Part shown: piece after piece, positions 37,071-47,490 of the stretch | Layout: each line of letters opens with the position of its first letter | How positions within the stretch are numbered: position 1 is the first letter of the stretch | Source: Spirochaetia bacterium | Lineage (GTDB): Bacteria > Spirochaetota > Spirochaetia > DSM-27196 > Salinispiraceae | Direction of reading: 5' to 3' | Length of the DNA stretch: 64,000 nucleotides | Assembly: GCA_038204425.1 (NCBI GenBank) | Contig: JBBRCZ010000004.1 | Coordinates: 64,001 to 128,000 of the forward strand | The notes under the pieces: generated by a model | The model's database searches: none | Told to the model about the DNA's origin: nothing | The model's input: only the letters and a program-made list of their open reading frames with translations | Position numbers and translations under genes: made by a program

Positions 37071-39235
37071 CTAGATAGACGCTCCAAAGAAGAATATTTG
37101 GGAACAAACTGCGCACTGCGACCCGACTCAAATTGCACCTGTACCAACTCTTGATTGTTTGCAAACCAAGACTTGCTTACATGACCGCTGCCGTAGTCGT
37201 CATGATAGACCGCGGTACCTTTGGGCCACAGGGGCATGGGTCCCAGGCCTTGACTTGGCCCATAGGCAAACCTCTGAGAACCTATACCGACTCGCTTGAT
37301 CTCAAGCAAACCTTCTGGAATTTCGGCCAAAAACTGTGACGGCCTCAGATCCATAGTCCGCCCATAAACGCGCCTCGTTGCACATGAAGTCAGAACCAGT
37401 TCGTCGCGAGCCCGCGTAAGTGCCACATAAAAAAGCCGACGTTCTTCCTCCAGCTCATCTTCATCGTCAGCTTCTCTTGGAAATAGCCCATGCTCTAAGC
37501 CAGTAATATAGACTCGATCAAACTCAAGCCCCTTGGTATTGTGCATAGTTATGAGAGTTACTTTGGGCTTGTCGTCGCCTGTATCGTTCTCACGAGCACT
37601 ATCAAGTTCTACAGCCTCCAGAAAGGCAACCAGCCCGTCTAAGTCTGCGCTAAACAGACCAGCAGCATTGGCAAGCTCACCGAGATTTTGCAGCTTTTGG
37701 CTTCCTGCAATACGATCTTCTTCTTCGTAGTGGCCCTTCAGGCCACTTTTCTCCATTACAAAGTAGATTGCCTCGCCCAAACTTTGAAATGAACGACTCG
37801 GCTCAATACCTGGCAGAAAATCGTCCAAGCCGGTGCTTTGGGCATAAAACATGGCGCGAGCCTGGCTCATAGTGCTCAAAAACATCTCTAGTCCCTTGGC
37901 GGCCTTCTTGCTAAGTAGAGGCAAAGCACGCACAGCACCCTTTAATACGTCGCCAGCTTCGTAGCTGCGCTGTTCTAGGATCTTCTCAAGCGAGGCCGCG
38001 CCGATGCCCCTGCTGGGTTTGTTGATAACGCGACGCAGCGCAAGTTCGTCATGAGGATTGGCCAGCAAACGCAAAAGAGCAAGTGCGTCTTTAACTTCTT
38101 CTCGTTCATAAAATCTTAAAGTACCGATGATGCGGTAGGCGATACCAGCATGCAAAAGTGCTGTCTCAAACGACCTGCTTTGCGCGTTGGTGCGATACAA
38201 AATCGCTGTGCCCTCAAGCTCCTGCCCAGCGATTCGTTTGACTAGCTGTTCCACTTCAGTATCGGAGTCGGGAAAAAGCAGCAGCTCGGGCTGCTTGCTC
38301 GATAGTCTGCTGGTCCACATGGTTTTACCAAGCCTGCTGGTGTTGTTGGAAACTAAGGCATCAGCAATTTTGAGTATCTGGTCAGTTGAGCGGTAGTTTT
38401 GTTCGAGCCTTACGATGTGCGTGTTAGCAAATCGCTCTGGAAAGTCAAGAATGTTGCGAACCTCAGCTCCCCTAAAGCGATAAATCGACTGGTCATCGTC
38501 CCCAACTACACAAATCACACAGCCAGGTCCTGCCAGTACCTTCAACAGTTCGTATTGCGCAACATTTGAGTCCTGATACTCATCGACAAGAATAACCTTA
38601 AAACGGTCATGCATTCTGTTTCTAAGCACTGAATCGTTGCGCAGGACGGTAAGAGGGCGCAAAATAAGATCGCCAAAGTCGCAGTTCCCTATTTCGTTTA
38701 GACGCGTCTGATAGCGTTGGTAGACCTCCGCCAAGTCGGGCTTGTCCATTACTGGCGTTAAGTCGTCGTCGGGTGATAGACCGTAATCCTTGGCACGACT
38801 TATCATACGCGCATATGATGACAAGATCTGTCGTGTCTGCTGGGGAAAAAGTGTTTGCAAGAGTGCTACCGAATCATCGTCATCGTAGATACAAAAGCTT
38901 GGGCTAAGCCCAGCCAAGGCGGCATTTCTCCTGAGCAGCCACGCTCCAAATGAATGAAAGGTTCTAATCATGACATTGGCGGCTTGTGGCTCCAAACTTA
39001 CTGTTCGTTGACGCATCTCTTCTGCGGCTTTATTGGTAAAGGTAACTGCAAGAATCGACTGCGCATCCATTGCTAACTCGCTAATCAACCAAGCAATCTT
39101 TACGGTTATAACGCGAGTTTTACCGCTACCAGCGCCAGCTAATATCAAGAGTGGCGAGTCATTGTGTAGGACCGCCTCTTTTTGATGCTCATTTAGCCCA
39201 TCGAGCAGCCCATGGTGGGATTTTTTATAGGACAT
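37067..39235 (-). CDS. uvrD: ATP-dependent DNA helicase UvrD/PcrA
   Basis: AGAGSGKT, TFTNKAA, VDEYQD, VGDDDQSIY, LEQNYRS, KGLEF, EERRLFYVALTRA, C-terminal Tudor-like domain. Confidence 0.95.
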   Translation of the reverse strand: MSYKKSHHGLLDGLNEHQKEAVLHNDSPLLILAGAGSGKTRVITVKIAWLISELAMDAQSILAVTFTNKAAEEMRQRTVSLEPQAANVMIRTFHSFGAWLLRRNAALAGLSPSFCIYDDDDSVALLQTLFPQQTRQILSSYARMISRAKDYGLSPDDDLTPVMDKPDLAEVYQRYQTRLNEIGNCDFGDLILRPLTVLRNDSVLRNRMHDRFKVILVDEYQDSNVAQYELLKVLAGPGCVICVVGDDDQSIYRFRGAEVRNILDFPERFANTHIVRLEQNYRSTDQILKIADALVSNNTSRLGKTMWTSRLSSKQPELLLFPDSDTEVEQLVKRIAGQELEGTAILYRTNAQSRSFETALLHAGIAYRIIGTLRFYEREEVKDALALLRLLANPHDELALRRVINKPSRGIGAASLEKILEQRSYEAGDVLKGAVRALPLLSKKAAKGLEMFLSTMSQARAMFYAQSTGLDDFLPGIEPSRSFQSLGEAIYFVMEKSGLKGHYEEEDRIAGSQKLQNLGELANAAGLFSADLDGLVAFLEAVELDSARENDTGDDKPKVTLITMHNTKGLEFDRVYITGLEHGLFPREADDEDELEEERRLFYVALTRARDELVLTSCATRRVYGRTMDLRPSQFLAEIPEGLLEIKRVGIGSQRFAYGPSQGLGPMPLWPKGTAVYHDDYGSGHVSKSWFANNQELVQVQFESGRSAQFVPKYSSLERLSR

Positions 39236-39251
39236 CTAAATCGTGAACCAC

Positions 39252-39599
39252 TTAGCCCGGTGGCCAAGCCAATTGTCGTCCGCCAAGAATATGAGCATGG
39301 AGATAGGCCACCGATTGTTGCCCATCTTTCCCTGTATTAAAGACCACTCTAAATCCGTGCTCGGCCAGACCAAGTGCTTTGGCCGTTTTTGAAACACCCT
39401 GCATAAAACCACTAACAAGGTCACTTGGGGCCGCTGCGATAGCAACAAAGTCTATCAGTTTGGTTTTAGGTATCACCAAAACGTGGACAGGGGCTTGGGG
39501 GTTAATGTCATTAAAGGCAATCACATAATCGTCTTCATAAACTAAAGTGGCAGGAATTTTTTTATTAATGATTTTGTCAAAAATTGTATCATCTGCCAT
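39252..39599 (-). CDS. hinT: Histidine triad nucleotide-binding protein
   Basis: TIFDKII, DINPQAPVHVLVIPK, HAHILGGR. Confidence 0.9.
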   Translation of the reverse strand: MADDTIFDKIINKKIPATLVYEDDYVIAFNDINPQAPVHVLVIPKTKLIDFVAIAAAPSDLVSGFMQGVSKTAKALGLAEHGFRVVFNTGKDGQQSVAYLHAHILGGRQLAWPPG

Positions 39600-39623
39600 A
39601 TATAGACTCCAAGCTTACCCCTT

Positions 39624-40736
39624 TCAATAGAGGGCAGCCAAACTCAATTGGCGCTGACCGTCAATCTCTAGCCAAGCAAGCTGCCAAGTTGCTACCTCAC
39701 CATCAGTGCCAGCTTTAAGCGTGCGACTTCCGATGCGTAAACTCACTCTTCCACCGTTGGAAAACCACAGCCTTATGCGCGAACTTGCCGACAAGGTAAG
39801 TGTTTCTTCAAACTGTGACAATCGCTCTTCGCGTTTTGCCCCGTCGATCTCATACCTAAAGAAGGATTGACCCTCAAAAACTAACGTGACTGCTACTTTG
39901 TCTCCCGAAAACTCAGGAAAGTTTTGGCTTGGTTTGATTCTTGAAGCAATCCGAGTGTTGCCAAGGCTGGCGGGGTCGGAAACTGCAGCAATACTTGCAA
40001 CAGTAAGTTCTGCAGTTCGCGCGCCTCCAGGAGACTGAATAAGCCTATCAAGCGAAACTACCAATTGATTGGGACTAGCCTTGGTATCAAGTGACTGAAC
40101 CATTATCTTTATGTCTGATTTTCCGTCTTGGTTGAGGTCAAGTTGGTTTTCTTGACCAAGAGGCAGCAAGACGTCTTGGGCCAACACTTTTACAAAGGCT
40201 TCATCATTTTTGATCAAGAAGTTAAGGTCAGTATCAATGCCGTTGACAGGCACTCTAATGATGTTTTCTACCGTAAAAGTCCTCACCATAGACGCGGTAT
40301 CCATTCTGATTAACTTATCACTGGCAACAGCAGGTACCTGAACCTGCACCACGTTCTCACTTTCCAGAGGCGTAGAAGCCGCCCTAAATAGAATAATCAA
40401 GAGTACCAATAGAAGTACTCCCGAGGCAGCGGCGATACTCACTTTACTGGTAAATGAAAGGCCGTTTTTGACAATTAGTTCGTTCATGGGGGCTGGCTGT
40501 TCTTGCAACTTCATGTTTCGGTAGAGTTGCACCACCTCATCTGCGTTCATGCCCAAGTATTCAGAGTAGGAACGCAAAAAGCCCAAAACGTAAGAATCTC
40601 CAGGTAGTGAAGAATAGTTTTCGCTCTCAAGTGCTTCTAGAAATCGCTTGGAAATATGGGTGTCCCTGGCCACTTGATCAATGCTGTAGCCTTTTTCTTC
40701 TCTAGTCTTTCTTATTTTGTCACCAATTGATTCCAC
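39624..40736 (-). CDS. rodZ: RodZ-like helix-turn-helix membrane protein
   Basis: IGDKIRKTREEKG, FLEALE, YVLGFLRSYSEYLG, single TM, periplasmic beta domain. Confidence 0.8.
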   Translation of the reverse strand: MESIGDKIRKTREEKGYSIDQVARDTHISKRFLEALESENYSSLPGDSYVLGFLRSYSEYLGMNADEVVQLYRNMKLQEQPAPMNELIVKNGLSFTSKVSIAAASGVLLLVLLIILFRAASTPLESENVVQVQVPAVASDKLIRMDTASMVRTFTVENIIRVPVNGIDTDLNFLIKNDEAFVKVLAQDVLLPLGQENQLDLNQDGKSDIKIMVQSLDTKASPNQLVVSLDRLIQSPGGARTAELTVASIAAVSDPASLGNTRIASRIKPSQNFPEFSGDKVAVTLVFEGQSFFRYEIDGAKREERLSQFEETLTLSASSRIRLWFSNGGRVSLRIGSRTLKAGTDGEVATWQLAWLEIDGQRQLSLAALY

Positions 40737-40807
40737 AAGTTCATCCTTTAATACACTAATTCTCTGCAGCTTCTGACAAGGGCGTTCAGCAATGATTCGA
40801 TTTTATG

Positions 40808-41491
40808 CTAGTTGGTTCCAAACAAAAAATTGTCGTATTTATTGGCAGTCGGAGGAGAATCAAAGTCAAAACGACTGGAAGCTATGCCAATATTAATCTG
40901 AATATTCGAATAGTCGATACGAACATTCTTTCTATCAGCGGTAATACCATCGATCCGACGAATGAACTTTCCTGAACTAATCGACAGTTCTAGCTGCCGA
41001 AAACCCTGATTGGTATTACGCCAGGTCAATAGCAGCTTAGTTACTTTTTCACCTGTGCCTCTATCTTCATCAATAAACACTGTGCCAGGCCCTGATTTAT
41101 AGGCGATGTTGTATGCCCGTCTCATCAAAGTCAAGCCCTCTTGAGTCGCCATAGAACCGGGTGCGGATTGTGGGGCATCTGCCAACTTTTGCGTCAAAGT
41201 AACGTCGTAGCGCGGGATGTGGACTTGGAGGATATCTCCATCTGATACAATAACTTGTTTTGCAGGCTGACTAAAGTCAATTCTTATTCTGTCAGGGCGT
41301 CGGTAAATGAGTCGGCCAAACATTTTATTGTCGTCAACACTCATCGACACATCCGCTGAGTAGTCTATGATTCCAGCATACCTTTCGGCAACACTTTCAA
41401 AAAAGCTACTAGCGCTAGTAATCTCTTGAGCCTCAAGCCCCAAGACTGCAAGAAAGAAAACACAAAAAAAACTAATAATTAATTTCTGCAC
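40808..41491 (-). CDS. lolA: Outer-membrane lipoprotein carrier protein LolA family
   Basis: Signal peptide, YRRPDRIRIDF.QP..QVIVSDG, FDFDSPP. Confidence 0.82.
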   Translation of the reverse strand: MQKLIISFFCVFFLAVLGLEAQEITSASSFFESVAERYAGIIDYSADVSMSVDDNKMFGRLIYRRPDRIRIDFSQPAKQVIVSDGDILQVHIPRYDVTLTQKLADAPQSAPGSMATQEGLTLMRRAYNIAYKSGPGTVFIDEDRGTGEKVTKLLLTWRNTNQGFRQLELSISSGKFIRRIDGITADRKNVRIDYSNIQINIGIASSRFDFDSPPTANKYDNFLFGTN

Positions 41492-41541
41492 AATAAAGTA
41501 TAATTGACCGAGAGGTATCCTTTGTCAATAAGCCAAGCCTA

Positions 41542-42285
41542 CTAAGTCATACTGCGAATTTTATCACGTAGGTCGGCGGCTCGTTCGTAGTTTTCGTCAT
41601 CCAGTGCTTTTTTTAGCTCCTCATTGAGTTCCTCTAATGGATTGGCTTCTTTACCTTTCAATTGCTCAAGCGCCGTCCTCAAGTGAGTAAGAGATCGAGA
41701 TCTCTCAAATTGAAAGACAGCTGAAGCGAGGTTATCTAGGTCCTCTATGCTTTTTATAGCATTATCTAGCACGGCAACTGCCTTAGACCACGACTGAGAA
41801 TTTACAAATAGCATCGACCGAGCAACTGCATTCATGCGGATAATGTAGGGCCTAAATTGAAGAATAGAAAGCTTGTCCTCTTCATGTTCTGCGTAGGTAC
41901 CAACCATCAAACACAATCGCAAATTGTGTTCAGTATCACGAATAACACCTTCAAAATCGTTAAGTTGAAACAAAAGCAAATAACGATAATAAAACAACAT
42001 GCCCTCGTTCTGAAGATTCATCATTTCTTGCGGTTCTATGGCAAAACCCCGGTCAGTGTGTAGCTCCGCCTTAAAGTCAGCAAGCTTGGACTCAACATGG
42101 TCAAGGTAGCTTGAGAATCCTTGCGGTCTCTTTCCATCAGGCCGACCCTCAAGTTCGTATTGCTCAATACCCAATGGCAATCTTACTTGCAAGACCTTTC
42201 GGCTTGCACCCACATCTATCACGCGTAAGGTGTTTTCTGGGTCAAATTCCCATTCATTTAGTATAAGTCGCAGATCCATATTCAT
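41542..42285 (-). CDS. UvrB/UvrC-motif (UVR) domain protein
   Basis: GRPDGKRP N-terminal motif; C-terminal ALDDENYERAADLRDKI. Confidence 0.75.
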   Translation of the reverse strand: MNMDLRLILNEWEFDPENTLRVIDVGASRKVLQVRLPLGIEQYELEGRPDGKRPQGFSSYLDHVESKLADFKAELHTDRGFAIEPQEMMNLQNEGMLFYYRYLLLFQLNDFEGVIRDTEHNLRLCLMVGTYAEHEEDKLSILQFRPYIIRMNAVARSMLFVNSQSWSKAVAVLDNAIKSIEDLDNLASAVFQFERSRSLTHLRTALEQLKGKEANPLEELNEELKKALDDENYERAADLRDKIRSMT

Positions 42286-42490
42286 AAGCAGTCACCCATA
42301 AAGCCAAAAGATTCGCATTACTCTGCGCCACAGTTCTAGAAAGTAGTATAGCACAAAAGGCCACACAAAAAGAATCAAAGTGCCAACCTTGCTGTAACTT
42401 ACTTTGTTAGCAAGTCTCAAAATACTTAGGCGCCGATTGCCAAGTCATATTACTATTGTCTAATGTTGTGCAGTTTCTTATAGTGGGGTC

Positions 42491-43174
42491 ATGGTCAGCA
42501 TAATTTCATTGGGCGGTTCTATCGTCGCGCCGGACGAGGTTGATACAACCTTTGTCAGCAAGTTTAAAAAATTGATAGTGGCATACCTACAAGAAGCAGC
42601 TAGTAACAAGATCATACTAATTGTCGGAGGCGGCGCACCAGCAAGAGCCTACCAAAACGCCTTTAAAAATATAGTCCCTAATGCTCCTAACGACGACCAG
42701 GACTGGATTGGGATAATGGCTACTAGACTCAATGCAGAACTGATAAGAGCAAGCTTTGTACCTTATTGCCAAGATCCCGTAGTAACTGATCCAAGCGCAG
42801 CAATCGAGTTTGGAGGACAAGTGCTCGTTGCAGCTGGGTGGAAACCAGGGTTTTCTACTGATTTTGATGCAGTTTACTTGGCCGATAGATTTGGCGCAAA
42901 GACAGTTATCAATCTTTCAAACATAAGCAAAGTGTTTACCGCTGACCCAAAAGAGGATCCAAACGCCAAAGCTGTAGATGCTATGACTTGGTCTGACTTT
43001 AGAGCCATGGTTGGTGACTCATGGCAGCCTGGAAGAAACGTTCCTTTTGACCCGATTGCCAGCAAAAAAGCAGAGCAACTTGGACTAAAGGTGATTGTGG
43101 CCGGAGGTAGAGATCTCAACAATTTAAGAAAAATTCTGGATGGTCAAGATTTTTTTGGGACAGTTATTAGTTGA
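42491..43174 (+). CDS. pyrH: UMP kinase, archaeal/spirochaete type
   Basis: SLGGS, GGGAPARAYQ, DWIGIMATRLNA, PGFSTD, FDPIAS, GTVI. Confidence 0.93.
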   Translation: MVSIISLGGSIVAPDEVDTTFVSKFKKLIVAYLQEAASNKIILIVGGGAPARAYQNAFKNIVPNAPNDDQDWIGIMATRLNAELIRASFVPYCQDPVVTDPSAAIEFGGQVLVAAGWKPGFSTDFDAVYLADRFGAKTVINLSNISKVFTADPKEDPNAKAVDAMTWSDFRAMVGDSWQPGRNVPFDPIASKKAEQLGLKVIVAGGRDLNNLRKILDGQDFFGTVIS

Positions 43175-43209
43175 TCGATGCATAACAACGATAGCTATCC
43201 TTGAGTGAC

Positions 43210-44778
43210 TTAACGTATTTTGGGCAAGGCAATTTTTTCCCAACGACTCTTTATGATATTGAGATTCTGCTGTACTTGACTTAGTTCTTCATCTGACAAT
43301 GCAAGCATTCCCAGATCACTGAGTAATTGTGACAAGAGCAAGGGATTTTCTATGCCATCTGCAAGCTGAATAACGTCTTCCAGACGACCTTCTATCGCAC
43401 CTTGCATAACAACCAATGCACTTGCATCTTCTTTAAGAAAACTAGCCTTCTGTGCCATTGCATATGCTCGCTCGAGCCAAGCTTCTTCTTTAACTATATT
43501 CAAAAGCTCGCCTTTGGGAACAATCTTAGACAGACCATCTACATACTTTGAAATAGTCAAAGAGGCTTGGTAACCGTCATCAATCTTAGAAATTTGGTTT
43601 TTTGCTTGTTGCAATTTGCCGAGTCGCTGGTAAATTTCAACCAAGCGAGCAAGTGTAGCGTCGGCGTTTATCAAACCACTAGCTTCTATTGTCTCCACCG
43701 CCAAGTTTGCGTACGCAAGAGCCTCGGTCTCGACTCGGTCTAAGGAATAAACCTCAGCTATTCTCGCATATAAGAGCGCAAGCCTCTGCGGATTTTGCTG
43801 CCCGAGTACACTATTTACCAATCTCTGTGTAGTAAGTCGAGCCTGAAACACGCCTGAGGGACCAGCTGACAGGTATCGCTTAATCAGCGAAAGCTGGACC
43901 GTAACTTGTTGTTCTTCGTAGGGAAGTTGGCCATAAAACCTCACAACTTCTCTAATCCAACCCAAATCTATCAAAATCAACAAGGTTGACTGCATAACCT
44001 GTGCTTCGCTTGGTGCAATTTGCTCACCAACGGTTGCGTCCAGCTCCGCAAGTGCCAAGGCAATGTACTTGTTATATTCATCCGGCTTATCTTCTCCCAA
44101 CCATGCACGTGCAATTCTTACAAAAGCATTGGCCTTCAGATGCGGCTTTTCAATCGAAAGGGCGGCGTTTATTGAGTGTTGAATTAGGACGTCAACCTTG
44201 CTCCTTACGTTGATCTCACGGTATCGTTCGCTTATGTCCATCAAGAGCCCTACTTTTTGAAAAGGGTTCTCAATAATGTAAGTAAAATCGACAGCATCTC
44301 GGAGTAATGGCGCCAGCGCTGTTTGGTATCTAAAGCATAACTGAATAATCGCACTCAGGGAGTTGACTCTATCAAGTTCTGAATCCAATTTGAGGCATAA
44401 TTCGAGGGCCTCGCGGATAAGCGACCGACCAGTCTCGTAGTTGCCAAGTCTCAAATAGTAAGTCGCCAAGGCAACAATCAGCTCGGGCTTCCTGCTTGGG
44501 CGTGCTGCTCGGGCGCTCAAGAGACCGCGCCGCAAAACTTCACGAGCTGAGGCAAAATCTGCTTTTCGCAAAAGCGCCTCAGCCAAGTTTGAGTAGGCAA
44601 ATACCCTACCGTTATATTCTGGCACATACTCAGCAAGTAAAGCTGCAACCGCCAAAAAGTCAGTTTCATTGGATACCTTGCGATATCCAAAATCGGCCCA
44701 ATTGCGCGGATCAGTGGACAGACAAGAAGAAAAAAATAGACATGACAATGTTAGCAATACAAAACGGAGCCGAAGCAT
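43210..44778 (-). CDS. Hypothetical TPR-like helical lipoprotein
   Basis: Lipobox FSSC; repeated Ala/Leu-rich helical pairs. Confidence 0.65.
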   Translation of the reverse strand: MLRLRFVLLTLSCLFFSSCLSTDPRNWADFGYRKVSNETDFLAVAALLAEYVPEYNGRVFAYSNLAEALLRKADFASAREVLRRGLLSARAARPSRKPELIVALATYYLRLGNYETGRSLIREALELCLKLDSELDRVNSLSAIIQLCFRYQTALAPLLRDAVDFTYIIENPFQKVGLLMDISERYREINVRSKVDVLIQHSINAALSIEKPHLKANAFVRIARAWLGEDKPDEYNKYIALALAELDATVGEQIAPSEAQVMQSTLLILIDLGWIREVVRFYGQLPYEEQQVTVQLSLIKRYLSAGPSGVFQARLTTQRLVNSVLGQQNPQRLALLYARIAEVYSLDRVETEALAYANLAVETIEASGLINADATLARLVEIYQRLGKLQQAKNQISKIDDGYQASLTISKYVDGLSKIVPKGELLNIVKEEAWLERAYAMAQKASFLKEDASALVVMQGAIEGRLEDVIQLADGIENPLLLSQLLSDLGMLALSDEELSQVQQNLNIIKSRWEKIALPKIR

Positions 44779-44947
44779 TTTTTTACTATATCAAGAAAGC
44801 CTTTGCTAATACAGGGAGAGGCTTGCACAGACATTTTTTCGCAGACACTTCTATCCATTTTCTACAGATTTTTTACTATTTAACAGTTAAAGATGAATGG
44901 CTTTTAAGTTACACTTTAGCTTATAATCTCTATTAAGGCAGTTTTTC

Positions 44948-44976
44948 TTGACAAAAAGCTTCACTTAGCCTATTTT
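44948..44976 (+). promoter_or_regulatory. Putative sigma70 promoter
   Basis: TTGACA-N17-TATTTT in an AT-rich divergent intergenic region. Confidence 0.45.
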
Positions 44977-45065
44977 GTTCAATAATTATTTCTTCAAAAT
45001 CTTTTAGATAAGAGATTTTTTAACGTCGAGCAACAATTACTACGCTCGAAAAACAGGAGTTCGAC

Positions 45066-45698
45066 ATGGCAAAAAAAGACAGAAAGGTTAGAATTTTCTC
45101 TGCACTAGAGGTAGCTAATCATTGCGGCGTCGTAAATCAGACGGCTATCAACTGGATAAAGAACGGCTACCTCAAGGCCTTTCAAACCCCGGGCGGACAA
45201 TACCGCGTTTATGCAGAGGACCTTGCAGACTTCTTGCACGAAAGAAACATGCGCCTTCCACCTGAACTTCAAAAAATTCTTGAAGAACAGATGACGATTG
45301 AGCTGGTGCTTATCGTTGATGATGACCGTGAGTCCAATATGGCGCTTCGACGCAGCTTAGAAGCTATCAATGAAGGCATGACTATATTTCAAGCCTATGA
45401 CGGTTTTGACGCTGGTCGGCTAAGTACCGAAAAGAAACCTCACCTGATATTGTTAGATATTAATTTGCCAGGAATCGATGGATTTAAGTTGTGCAAGATA
45501 TTCAAAGACGACCCCAGCCTCAACAATCCAATTATTATAGCCGTTTCTGGCCTTGATGATGCTGAGACCACACAGCGAATCGCAGATGCTGGAGCCGATG
45601 CCTTCTTTACCAAGCCAATTGATATAGCAACACTATCTGCCAAAATCGAAGAGTTGGCCCGGACCCACCGACGCCGAACTCAACTGGCAAACCAATAG
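45066..45698 (+). CDS. Response regulator: N-terminal excisionase/MerR-like HTH plus receiver domain
   Basis: FSALEVANHCGV..QTAINWIKNGYLKAFQTPGGQYRV; LIVDDD, LLDINLPGIDG, FTKP. Confidence 0.9.
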   Translation: MAKKDRKVRIFSALEVANHCGVVNQTAINWIKNGYLKAFQTPGGQYRVYAEDLADFLHERNMRLPPELQKILEEQMTIELVLIVDDDRESNMALRRSLEAINEGMTIFQAYDGFDAGRLSTEKKPHLILLDINLPGIDGFKLCKIFKDDPSLNNPIIIAVSGLDDAETTQRIADAGADAFFTKPIDIATLSAKIEELARTHRRRTQLANQ

Positions 45699-45763
45699 TT
45701 GAAACTTGCCCAAAAACTTGCCCATTAGCTCGCCCGGTTTTTCAATTAAAATGCTGGGCCGGG

Positions 45764-46195
45764 CTATTTTTTGACGATCCAGGACAAAAAGAATACGAGT
45801 GAGAGGCTAGAAAAAACCAAGAAAATAATCCATTTGTTTACGAAGCTGTCAATTGATGCTTGCCTATCTTCTCCAGGAACATATCTGATAGCAATTTTCT
45901 CACCACTATTCGGTGCTTTTCCCAAGTAAGGTAAAGACGATTCAAAACGTAGAAACACGTTTTTACTCGCTTCATATTCTATGATAGGATAGTAAAGTCG
46001 ACCCGAATCGGGTTCGGTAAAAACGAGTGCGTTTTGAGAAAAACGCGCAGAAACGACAGTACCCAACGTTACTACCGAGCGAAGTTCAAAGACGAGTGCA
46101 AACACTGCCGCAATTGCGGCGAGTAAAAGAAAAACTAGGGTTGCCCACTTAAAAAGCCCAGAGAAAAGGTGCTTGGTTTGAATCTCATCGCTCAT
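45764..46195 (-). CDS. DUF3592-like membrane protein
   Basis: TM - GTVV...YYPIIEY...GEKIAIRY.P - TM. Start overlaps the fabF 3' end. Confidence 0.65.
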   Translation of the reverse strand: MSDEIQTKHLFSGLFKWATLVFLLLAAIAAVFALVFELRSVVTLGTVVSARFSQNALVFTEPDSGRLYYPIIEYEASKNVFLRFESSLPYLGKAPNSGEKIAIRYVPGEDRQASIDSFVNKWIIFLVFSSLSLVFFLSWIVKK

Positions 46196-47429
46196 AGCGT
46201 TTAAGCACAAGTATACTATTGTGCCCGCCAAACCCAAGACTATTTGAAATCGCATGTCTCATAACTGCATTGTAACCTTTGTTTGGCACATAGTCCAAGT
46301 CGCAATTGGGATCTGGATTCTCTAGATTGATAGTCGGTGGAAAAAACTGCTCTTCTAGAGCCTTTGCGCAGATTATTGCTTCAATAGCGCCCGCTGCCCC
46401 GATGCAGTGCCCGGTCATGGACTTGGTGCTAGAAACTTTTAATTTATAGGCGTGGGCGCCAAAGGCGGCCTTAATAGCCTTAGTCTCTACGGCGTCATTT
46501 ATTTCAGTACTTGTGCCATGTGCGTTAATATAATCTATATCTTCAGGTGTGATTCCAGCAGCCTTTAAGGCCCATTTGATTGCTTTTGATGCTCCCAAGC
46601 CCTCTTGGTGAGGCGCAGTCATGTGGTAGGCATCGGTACTGGCTGCTGAGCCCAAGACTTCGGCATAAATCTTTGCTCCTCGTGCTAATGCATGCTCTAG
46701 ACTCTCGAGAATCAAAATACCTGCTCCTTCTCCCATAACAAAACCATCTCGGTCGGCGTCAAAAGGGCGACTCGCTTTGGTGGGATCATCATTTCGCTTG
46801 GTCGAAAGTGCATGTAAGACATTAAAACCTGCCATACCCAAGGGGGTGATTAAGGCTTCCGATCCGCCTGCAATCATCACGTCGCAAACATCATCTTGGA
46901 TGAGCCGCAAGGAGTTGCCTATCGCGTCGGTGCCGCTTGCACAAGCAGTAGTCACCACACAACTCGGGCCTTGAACATTAAGCAAAATAGCTATGTTGCC
47001 AGGTGCAATGTTGCTTATTACTTTAGGTACTGTCAAAGGTGGCACCCGCGTGGGGCCTTTTTCTAAAAGTATTGAAAAAGCGTTCTCCAGAGTTTCAAAT
47101 CCACCCATGCCTACGCCAAGTACTACACCAATGCGATCAGGATCCATGGTTTCTGGCGTGAGTCCACTGTCACGATAGGCCTCAAGAGCGCTAGCCACTG
47201 CAAAGTGACAAAAAGGCTCCATTTTTCGTGCCTCTTTGAGCTCCATAAACTCTGAAGCCTTAAAACCCTTTACTTCAGCCGCAATCTTGGTAACATGATT
47301 GACAGGGTCAAAGTGAGTTATGGGGCCAACGCCACTCTTGCCTGCTTTAATCCCGGCCCAAAAGTCTGACAGATTATTCCCGATAGAATTAACGGTACCC
47401 ATACCGGTTATAACAACACGCTTTCGCAT
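46185..47429 (-). CDS. fabF: Beta-ketoacyl-ACP synthase II
   Basis: RVVITGMG, TACASG (Cys), NAHGTST, KSMTGHCIGAAG, SNSLGFGGHN. Confidence 0.96.
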   Translation of the reverse strand: MRKRVVITGMGTVNSIGNNLSDFWAGIKAGKSGVGPITHFDPVNHVTKIAAEVKGFKASEFMELKEARKMEPFCHFAVASALEAYRDSGLTPETMDPDRIGVVLGVGMGGFETLENAFSILLEKGPTRVPPLTVPKVISNIAPGNIAILLNVQGPSCVVTTACASGTDAIGNSLRLIQDDVCDVMIAGGSEALITPLGMAGFNVLHALSTKRNDDPTKASRPFDADRDGFVMGEGAGILILESLEHALARGAKIYAEVLGSAASTDAYHMTAPHQEGLGASKAIKWALKAAGITPEDIDYINAHGTSTEINDAVETKAIKAAFGAHAYKLKVSSTKSMTGHCIGAAGAIEAIICAKALEEQFFPPTINLENPDPNCDLDYVPNKGYNAVMRHAISNSLGFGGHNSILVLKRYER

Positions 47430-47490
47430 AGCCCCACCTTATTTTTTATCTGAAGCAAAAGTGCGGACTGCAAAAGCAAGTCCGCTAGCA

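Noticed and set aside
45066..45250. Excisionase suggesting a prophage
   Set aside because: The HTH is fused to a receiver domain and there are no phage genes nearby.
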